From NCBI RefSeq assembly GCF_000009705.1, contig NC_003272.1, positions 5,820,001 through 5,852,000 of the forward strand: DNA of 32,000 nt. The letters are read 5' to 3'. The translations under genes were made by a program, and so were the position numbers. Shown here piece after piece: positions 15,841-22,966 of the stretch; position 1 is the stretch's first letter, and each line of letters starts with the position of its first letter. The notes beneath the pieces were generated by a model. It was not told where the DNA came from. It saw only the letters and a program-made list of their open reading frames with translations, and made no database searches. Source of the DNA: Nostoc sp. PCC 7120 = FACHB-418 (GTDB taxonomy: Bacteria; Cyanobacteriota; Cyanobacteriia; Cyanobacteriales; Nostocaceae).

Positions 15841-17592
15841 TTAATTATCGGCGTTTCTGTATGCAACAACCTGATTCTTTTTTGTTCGCTTGGCCTCAAG
15901 CATTGCCTGATTTGCTCGACTCAATAAATCCTTAACAGTAATCCCAGGCTCTGATATAGCTATGCCAAAAGTTGCGGTGATACTTTCAAGGATCTGATCA
16001 CCATCCTTGAACTGCATTTGAGCAATATCTGCTCTTAGTTGCTCTACTCGCTCAATCAGTGTCTCCATCGTAACATTAGGTATCACAATCACAAATTCGT
16101 CACCACCCCATCTGCAAGGAATGTCAAAAGAGCGAATAGATGTTAAAAGTAGTTTTGCTAATGCCTTGAGAGCAATGTTGGCAGTTAAATGACCATAGCG
16201 AGAGTTGTAAGATTTAAAGTTATCAATATCCAGAAAAACAATGCCAAGAAATTGTCCCAACCGTTCAGCTTCTGCTAGCCTCTGATCTGTTATGGTTTGC
16301 ATATAGCTAGGGTTGAATAGTTGAGTTAACCCGTCCCGCAAATTGTCATGGGTTAGACGTTGTTTCATTAAGAGATTGTTGAGCGCAAAAGCTAAATATC
16401 TAGCAATTATCTCAGCAATTTGTTGTTCTTCTGAGCCGATTTCTTCCAGGGCATGAATGTGTAAAAACCCAACTACTTCAATTTGTCCTAACAATGGAAC
16501 ACACAAATGTGTACCATTAACAGGATGTATTAAATGACTGCACATCAGTCCTGGGTTATGAGGTGATAACAGGTTTAATTTACCTCTCCGTAATGCCCAA
16601 CACTCTGATTGTGAAAATACCTCTTTACTCTTTTTTTCGCTTCCCCAAAAAGTTCTCATCTCAACATAATTCTTGGAATTAGCAATTATGTTGATACAAC
16701 CACTCACGCTAGGAAAAAGCTTAGTAAAAGTTAAAGATACCACTTGATATACTTCATCTTCAGACTCGCAAGTATAGAGCATATTCACCATATCTGACAA
16801 ATATGTAACTTGCTGATTTTTTGCTTCTAATATTAGTGTTTTTTCTTCTAACTGCCGACTCAAATCCGCGATCACTCGTTGCGCTTCTACCGATTCTGTA
16901 ATATCTATGCTAATGCCTCCGATGCGACGCTCTCCCGTAACATGGTCACTAAACGGAAATTTAAAAGATAGCCAGTAATATGGTTTCTCATTACCTGGTG
17001 TCTTGACTTCTTCAATCAACTTCAATGGGCGTAGAGTTTTCAAAACGAGTTGATCATTTACCATTACCAGCCGCCCTTGTTCTGGATCTGGCAAGAATTC
17101 ACTATCTGTTTTACCTAGCCATTCAATTGGCCCCACCAAAAATCTAGACTGGATTTCTTTGTTGTAGTAAAGCACTCTAGATTGCTCATCTTTGATATAA
17201 GCTCCAAATGGGCCTTGATCTAAAAATAGCTGTTGCATCTGCTGGCTGCGCTGAAGCTCGCGGGCATCTCCTTGAAATTTGGCAATCAACTCTACAATTT
17301 GATAAGCGGTTGGCATCAGGCACAATAATGTAGATAAAGAGATAAACGCCATAATATTGAGTATGCCTAAGTGCAGGGAGGACACTGGCATATGCTGCTC
17401 AAAAATCGCCAAAAAGTGATGAAATCCACAAAATAGTACGAATGCGCCTGATAAGAAAAAGGCTAGCCAGAATTTAGAAGGGACAGTTGCTTTAGTTTTG
17501 CCAAATAAAACCGCTATTACTATGGGGATGCCAAAGTATGAAAATGCAGTAATGCCATGAGCGATTATAAAATTCCAGTAGATAATTTTCAT
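15841..17592 (-). CDS. Membrane sensor diguanylate cyclase: ETR1-like TM module - PAS - GAF - GGDEF
   Basis: 583 aa. N-terminal TM region with YFGIP and GAFVLFCGFHH motifs. PAS-like and GAF-like middle segments. C-terminal GGDEF domain (RWGGDEF) with an RSFD I-site 5 residues upstream. Confidence 0.85.
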   Translation of the reverse strand: MKIIYWNFIIAHGITAFSYFGIPIVIAVLFGKTKATVPSKFWLAFFLSGAFVLFCGFHHFLAIFEQHMPVSSLHLGILNIMAFISLSTLLCLMPTAYQIVELIAKFQGDARELQRSQQMQQLFLDQGPFGAYIKDEQSRVLYYNKEIQSRFLVGPIEWLGKTDSEFLPDPEQGRLVMVNDQLVLKTLRPLKLIEEVKTPGNEKPYYWLSFKFPFSDHVTGERRIGGISIDITESVEAQRVIADLSRQLEEKTLILEAKNQQVTYLSDMVNMLYTCESEDEVYQVVSLTFTKLFPSVSGCINIIANSKNYVEMRTFWGSEKKSKEVFSQSECWALRRGKLNLLSPHNPGLMCSHLIHPVNGTHLCVPLLGQIEVVGFLHIHALEEIGSEEQQIAEIIARYLAFALNNLLMKQRLTHDNLRDGLTQLFNPSYMQTITDQRLAEAERLGQFLGIVFLDIDNFKSYNSRYGHLTANIALKALAKLLLTSIRSFDIPCRWGGDEFVIVIPNVTMETLIERVEQLRADIAQMQFKDGDQILESITATFGIAISEPGITVKDLLSRANQAMLEAKRTKKNQVVAYRNADN

Positions 17593-17618
17593 TAGTCACT
17601 TAAGATAGCAATACTATT

Positions 17619-17881
17619 AGAGATTATTTATAAAGTAAATATTAAGTAGGGGAGGCAAAACGCGGTGTAGATATTCTTTCCGCTTTATTACCGTTGTGTT
17701 ATGGCTTCAGCCTAACGCACTGCTACATAACACGTTTCATTAAGCGCTTAAATTCATTTTTTTATGACTAATAATATCGAAATCCGTGCCTAAAACAACA
17801 CCAGTTGTTACAACGGAGGAAACATCCGCAACGCACTGACTCCCCTACAGAAATTTGATTTTTACTTTATAAATAACCTCT
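17619..17881. mobile_element. MITE-like fold-back element (about 263 bp) with long imperfect terminal inverted repeats
   Basis: AGAGATTATTTATAAAGTAAA (17619-17639) pairs with the reverse complement of 17861-17881 (20/21). GTAGGGGAG (17646-17654) pairs with CTCCCCTAC (17840-17848). Further imperfect inverted matches lie inside (CCGTTGT at about 17690 versus 17808-17814). No ORF. Confidence 0.5.
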
Positions 17882-18198
17882 TAGCAATCACCTTGAATTG
17901 ATGAAATACTTTTTTATTATTCGACTCATCTATTTTAATTTCTATTTTAATGAATGATGAACTTCTGCACGTAATTCAACATATATATTGAGATTGCATT
18001 TTATTCATTTTTTTCAATCTGCCATTGTACTGATAATTTAACGAAGGCAGGAGGCAGCTATGCTGAATGCTGTTTTTGTAACGGGGATTTATGCCTCGAT
18101 CCAAAAACTTTTCGCCTTAAAATGCGAGGTTTTAGACCCGATTGTTTCGATAACTATATCTAGAGAGATTTTATCAAATCAGACGAAGCTAACAGGGA

Positions 18199-20664
18199 TT
18201 AATTGAGCTTAAAGGGCAAGCTTGATGCGATTAATGTATCTACCGACTGGCTATCCAGTGGCTGGGAGAAAATGTATCCTTGTGCGTGTTTGCATTTTTT
18301 TATTTGCAACTGTCTTAATTGCTCCATTGTTTCTACACCCTCTGCTATGACATCTATATTTAGACTAAGTGCTAAGGAAATAATCGCCTGAACAATTTCT
18401 AAGTTTTTTTCATCAGCACCAAGGTTGATGACAAATGAACGATCAATCTTCAATGCACTAGAGGGAAACCGGTGCAGGTAACTCAAAGATGAATAACCTA
18501 TGCCAAAATCATCTAGGTGTAACTGAATATTCATCTGCTGCAATTGCAAAAGCATAGCAGTGGCTGATTCATGGTTCTCCATTAGTACGGTTTCCGTAAT
18601 CTCCAACTTGAGACTACTGGCTTCTAAACCCGTATCTTGCAGAATTTTGCGAATTTCCTCAATCAAATTGGGTTGGGAAAACTGTTTACTAGAAATATTG
18701 ACACTGATGGTTAAGGGTGGATGAGTAGTAAATTCCAATTGCCAAGCCCGCATTTGACGACAAGCTTCGCGTAACACCCAATAACCAATCGGCACAATCA
18801 GCCCAGTTTCTTCTGCTAATGAAATAAACCTTTCTGGAGAAACAAGCCCATGTTGAGGATGTTGCCAGCGTACAAGAGCCTCGAAACCGATAATTTTGTA
18901 GGTTTCTAGGGAAACAATTGGTTGATAATGAACCTGAAACTCTTGGCGTTCAACTGCCCGTCGTAAATCCATTTCTAACTGTAGTAGCTGGGCAGCTTGG
19001 CTGTACATACTAAAATCAAAGATTTCATGGCGGGCTTTTCCTAATGCTTTAGCACGGTACATTGCAATGTCGGCATCACGGATAAGCTCCTCAGCTAGAT
19101 TATAAGTATTTGTGCTTAAAGTGATACCAATGCTGATAGTACTAAATACTTCGTGTCCACTGAGGTTGAAGGCTCCTGTCAAAGACATATTTATTCTGTT
19201 AACTACATTTGTTACATCATTTAAGTCTTTGAGATCATCTAATAAGATCGTGAACTCATCTCCTCCTATACGGGCAACTGTATCTCCAGCACGCAGGCAC
19301 ATTTCTAACCTGCGTGCCAGCGCATTTAACAATTGATCGCCAATCATGTGACCAAGACTATCGTTGACAACTTTAAAACGATCCACATCGAGGAATAGAA
19401 CAGCAAATCTGTAGTCTGGATGACGTTTTACTACTGCTAGCGATCGCTCCAACCTTTCCACAAATAAGGCACGATTTGGCAGTCCAGTTAGTGAATCATG
19501 AAAAGCATCATGAATTAATTTCGCTTCTGCTTGCTTGAGAGCAGTAATGTCACGAGCGATACTTAAAACAAATTCTACTGAACTATCTTTAGCTAACTCA
19601 GGAACAAGACGAGTATGGTAATATTTTGTCCCCCAGGATGTAGGTAAATTGCTTTCAAACTCAGTCTGTTGCCCAGTTTTGAAAACTCGCTGGAGTTTAT
19701 AATCCCATATTCGACAAATTTCTTGTGGTAGATTCAACTCTACGTTAGTCTTACCGATGAATTTTTGGGCTAATATCCCTGTAACTTTCTCAATAGCGGG
19801 ATTGACGTAAACATAACACAATTGAGGATTAAACCTGACAATGATATCCGGTGTGTTCTCTACTACAGCTTTGAATTGTTTTTGACTATGGGCTAATGTC
19901 TCTAAAGTCTGTTTATGTTCATGGATTTCAGATTTTAGTTTATCGTGGGTTTTGATAATTTCAGAGGTGCGCTCTTTAACTTTATTTTCTAATTGATCAT
20001 GAGCTTGTTGGAGGGATTTTTCTATGCGTCGGCGTTTAGTAAGTTCTTGATTAATAATAATATTTGCTGAACTAACTAAACTAGCAGCTACTATGCTACA
20101 GGAAATAGTCAGCCAGGTAGTGCGATAAGCACTGTCGCTTGTTTGTATTGAACGCTGTTGCAATAAATTATTTTCTTCATTTTCTATAGCTTTAATAACC
20201 AGCCGAATTTTATCCATCAGCTGCTGTCCTTCATCCGTTTGAACTATTTTTAAAGCAGCTTCTAACTTCTCATCATTCCTTAATTTAATTGTCTGTTCCA
20301 GCAGAGTTAATTTTCTACTAATTAAAGGCTTAAGGGTAGTTATTCGTTCTTGTTGGCTGGGGTTATCTACAGTCAATTGGCTTAAAAGTTTTACTTTTTG
20401 ACCAATCTCATCAGTTGCCCTATGATAAGGCTCTAGATATGCGGGTTTACCCGTGAGGAGATAACCTCGTTGTCCAGTTTCGGCATCACTTACGTGGGCT
20501 ATTAATTCTTGAGTTTTTTCGAGTACTTCACGGGTGTGTATTACTGACTGAGCGTTTTTTCTGTACTCCAGTAGGCTGAGATAAGAGGCAACACCAATAA
20601 TAAACATGATTATTACTGCTACTACAAAAATATTGGTATTTTTTTTGTAAATAGACCAGTTCAT
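18199..20664 (-). CDS. CHASE3 - coiled coil - PAS - GGDEF - EAL c-di-GMP signalling protein
   Basis: 821 aa. TM1, then the CHASE3 signature (HTREVLEKT...ETGQRGYLLTG...YLEPY), then TM2. PAS domain. RIGGDEF with a RAGD I-site. EAL domain (EALVRW, DDFGIGYSSLSYL, EGVE). Confidence 0.9.
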   Translation of the reverse strand: MNWSIYKKNTNIFVVAVIIMFIIGVASYLSLLEYRKNAQSVIHTREVLEKTQELIAHVSDAETGQRGYLLTGKPAYLEPYHRATDEIGQKVKLLSQLTVDNPSQQERITTLKPLISRKLTLLEQTIKLRNDEKLEAALKIVQTDEGQQLMDKIRLVIKAIENEENNLLQQRSIQTSDSAYRTTWLTISCSIVAASLVSSANIIINQELTKRRRIEKSLQQAHDQLENKVKERTSEIIKTHDKLKSEIHEHKQTLETLAHSQKQFKAVVENTPDIIVRFNPQLCYVYVNPAIEKVTGILAQKFIGKTNVELNLPQEICRIWDYKLQRVFKTGQQTEFESNLPTSWGTKYYHTRLVPELAKDSSVEFVLSIARDITALKQAEAKLIHDAFHDSLTGLPNRALFVERLERSLAVVKRHPDYRFAVLFLDVDRFKVVNDSLGHMIGDQLLNALARRLEMCLRAGDTVARIGGDEFTILLDDLKDLNDVTNVVNRINMSLTGAFNLSGHEVFSTISIGITLSTNTYNLAEELIRDADIAMYRAKALGKARHEIFDFSMYSQAAQLLQLEMDLRRAVERQEFQVHYQPIVSLETYKIIGFEALVRWQHPQHGLVSPERFISLAEETGLIVPIGYWVLREACRQMRAWQLEFTTHPPLTISVNISSKQFSQPNLIEEIRKILQDTGLEASSLKLEITETVLMENHESATAMLLQLQQMNIQLHLDDFGIGYSSLSYLHRFPSSALKIDRSFVINLGADEKNLEIVQAIISLALSLNIDVIAEGVETMEQLRQLQIKKCKHAQGYIFSQPLDSQSVDTLIASSLPFKLN

Positions 20665-21168
20665 TTTTCGTGCCTATTTTAAAAAGTAATTATTTAATAA
20701 AATCAAATAAAAATATATGATAAGATGTCGCAGTTAATTCAATATTTTCTTTTCAAGAATTTTTATTTGAATCTTAGTAGTATTTAATGATGACAGTAAA
20801 ATCAAACAAAACCTACTAGCTCACGTAGGCTTGTAAACAGACATAAGTTATTAATTTATATCTAAGTGAAGTATTATATATTACAGATGAATTAAATAGA
20901 CACCCCTTTAGGGATGTTGTTTGCTTGATATTAAAATGTTAGAGTAAAATGTTTACGGCAAAAACTGGTGTTACCATCGCTAGAGTTAAAGGGTTAGTTT
21001 TTTCGTCCGGTTTACATACGAAAAGTATTTTTTCATCGAAATTCTCATTGTTTTGCTAACTCGAAGACTAAAATCAAACTTCCTGTCTAATTGGTAGACA
21101 AAAAACTGGAACCACAGTAACCATTTATTGATACAGTTATGTTTTGTCGATCGCTGGAATGTGTATGT

Positions 21169-22188
21169 ATGTCCCAGGTATCGCTTCCCCAATCGCTTCA
21201 GAAAGACCTACCCCTTACCGCTCTTGCACCCATGCAGGATGTGACAAACCTCTGGTTTATGAAGGTCATTGCCCACTATGGCAGCCCTGACTACTTCTTT
21301 ACGGAGTATTTTCGCGTGAATGATACCTCACGCCTCAATCGCGGTATTCTTTCAGCCATTACCGAAAACGATACGGGTCGCCCTGTTTTTGCCCAAATGA
21401 TTGGGGAAAGCATTCCTGACTTAGTGAGAACCGCTAAGGAACTCTGCGGCTATAATATCGCTGGAGTCGATTTGAATATGGGCTGTCCAGCACCGAGAAT
21501 CTATCGTAAAAATGTCGGGGGTGGATTGCTGCTCTCACCAGCTAAAGTGGAGCAGATTTTGGAAGAACTACGCCAAGCAGTGAACGATCGCCCTTTGACG
21601 GTCAAGATGCGCGTAGGCTTTGAAAACACAGACACCTTTTACGAAATTCTCGATATCGTCAATCGCCACAACATTGATTTGCTGAGTTTGCATGGTCGCA
21701 CAGTGAAAGATATGTACCACGGGGCAGTGAAATATGATTTGATTGCGGAAGCGGTGAGACGGGTTGATTGTCCAGTACTTGCTAATGGCAATATTCACTC
21801 CGCGACAACTGCCCTAGAAGTGCTTGAGCGAACAGGTGCGGCGGGGGTGATGGTGGGACGCTGGGCAATTGGAAATCCTTGGTTATTTAATCAAATTCGC
21901 CAGGCTTTACAAGGAGAGACGATCACGCCTGTTCCTTTAGTTGAGGTACGCAACTATATTGATCGTTTATGGCAAACCCCTACAGCCGCAACTATGCCAG
22001 AGCGATCGCGCGTAGGCTACCTGAAAATGTTCCTCAATTATATTGCCCTGAGTGTTGATGCTGAAGGTCAGTTCCTGCGACTGATGCGACGTACGCAGAC
22101 TGAGTTAGAAATGTTTAACCTCTGCGATCGCTTTCTGCTTAGTGATCTGACGCAAACTTTAGCACTAGCACCTTACTCAGGTGTATAA
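21169..22188 (+). CDS. tRNA-dihydrouridine synthase (Dus family)
   Basis: LAPMQDVTN, VDLNMGCPA (catalytic Cys context), LSLHGRT and ANGNI motifs. I prefer the start at MSQVSLP (21169). Confidence 0.85.
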   Translation: MSQVSLPQSLQKDLPLTALAPMQDVTNLWFMKVIAHYGSPDYFFTEYFRVNDTSRLNRGILSAITENDTGRPVFAQMIGESIPDLVRTAKELCGYNIAGVDLNMGCPAPRIYRKNVGGGLLLSPAKVEQILEELRQAVNDRPLTVKMRVGFENTDTFYEILDIVNRHNIDLLSLHGRTVKDMYHGAVKYDLIAEAVRRVDCPVLANGNIHSATTALEVLERTGAAGVMVGRWAIGNPWLFNQIRQALQGETITPVPLVEVRNYIDRLWQTPTAATMPERSRVGYLKMFLNYIALSVDAEGQFLRLMRRTQTELEMFNLCDRFLLSDLTQTLALAPYSGV

Positions 22189-22287
22189 TTACGCCCCGCC
22201 GTGAAGGTAATTCTCCCCACTCAGCAAGGGTTAATTGATGTCTAAACAACAAAGGAAATACAGCATTCTGAGATAAATATATAGCTA

Positions 22288-22324
22288 GGGACTGGGTATT
22301 GGGGACTGGGGACTGGGGACTGGG
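22288..22324 (-). repeat. STRR1-type heptamer array (GGGACTG, complement of CCCCAGT)
   Basis: GGGACTG GGTATTG GGGACTG GGGACTG GGGACTG, read directly from the sequence. Confidence 0.9.
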
Positions 22325-22406
22325 TGAAAAGTCTTTTTGTGTCTAGGTTGTATGATCTATTGATGTCCTAACACTACTGGCGACAGCTATACAACAGAAA
22401 ATACCC

Positions 22407-22658
22407 GTGCAGGCTAGGGAAATCCTGCGAGGGAGTGATTTCCAGTATCCGTTACAGAATGCAGAGATGTTGGTGCGATCGCTGATTGCCAATCAAGAAA
22501 TTGTGGAGGTAACGGGGGTCGAGATTAATTCTATAGATAAAGGGTTAGAGATTATCTTAGAGACCACAAAAGGAGAACAGTTGCAGATTATACCCAAACA
22601 AGATGATAACGCATATCTTGTCGACATTGCGGCGTTGCATAAATGCGGGATGAATTGA
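22407..22658 (+). pseudogene. Remnant of the N-terminal AMIN-domain region of an outer-membrane receptor/secretin-type protein
   Basis: GTG-initiated 83-aa ORF. NAEMLVRS...IVEVTGVEINSIDKGLEIILETTKGEQLQIIPKQDDNAYLVDI resembles the AMIN module at the N-terminus of cyanobacterial TonB-dependent receptors. It has no signal peptide, plug or barrel, and the ORF ends where a dispersed-repeat cluster begins. Confidence 0.45.
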
Positions 22659-22689
22659 GACTTTTGTACAAAGCAGAATATCGACTCTA

Positions 22690-22855
22690 CCCTTCTCCTT
22701 CTCCTGTCGGAGACGCTGCGCGTAGCTTGCTTCCCGTAGGGTACGGAGACGCTAACGCGAACGGGAACGCTTTCAGCGAATGCGTCTTTGCGCCTACCGC
22801 AAGCGGAACGCCTAGCGGCGAATGCGTGTTAGCGTTAGCGGGGCGTAGCCCGACA
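22690..22855. repeat. GC-rich short dispersed repeat cluster (nested modules)
   Basis: CGGAGACGCT x2 (22709, 22744). GCGAATGCGT x2. CGCTAACGC and GCGTTAGCG form an inverted pair. TTCCCGTAGGGTA (22729-22741) and GAGACGCTAACGCGAACG (22746-22763) are shared with the repeat at 1-138. Confidence 0.75.
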
Positions 22856-22966
22856 AAAATCATCCCAATAATCAGCAACGCCGGAAAATGGTAAATTTTA
22901 CCTAACATCTGAGATGGAAGCTTTCAGAAGCCCTAGAAACATCAAACAAGCGAATGCTGATCAAGC

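Noticed and set aside
15819-15899. Longer 499-aa version of the carotenoid oxygenase ORF starting at 15899
   Set aside because: The extra 27 codons overlap the 3' end of the GGDEF gene by 59 nt and add a basic, non-conserved-looking extension. The internal MQIVDKR start gives a family-typical length. The longer form cannot be excluded without N-terminal data.
18040-18140. Possible terminator or ncRNA hairpin CCTCG...CGAGGTTTT downstream of the CHASE3 gene
   Set aside because: The stem is only 5 bp with a 26-nt loop, and the T-run is on the plus strand, where nothing is transcribed into it. The region looks like a degenerate copy of a dispersed repeat.
21085-21100. tRNA D-arm-like hairpin GTCTAATTGGTAGAC upstream of dus
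   Set aside because: No acceptor stem, anticodon arm or GTTCRANYC T-loop can be built around it, so it is not a tRNA.
20986-21192. 68-aa minus-strand ORF in the dus / CHASE3 divergent promoter region
   Set aside because: AT-rich, Lys/Phe-rich translation with no motif. It overlaps the dus start region and is most likely non-coding promoter DNA.
22643-22908. Two overlapping 73-83-aa ORFs on opposite strands downstream of the AMIN fragment
   Set aside because: Both are read-throughs of the GC-rich dispersed-repeat cluster. Their Ala/Gly/Arg/Ser-rich products are typical of such repeats.
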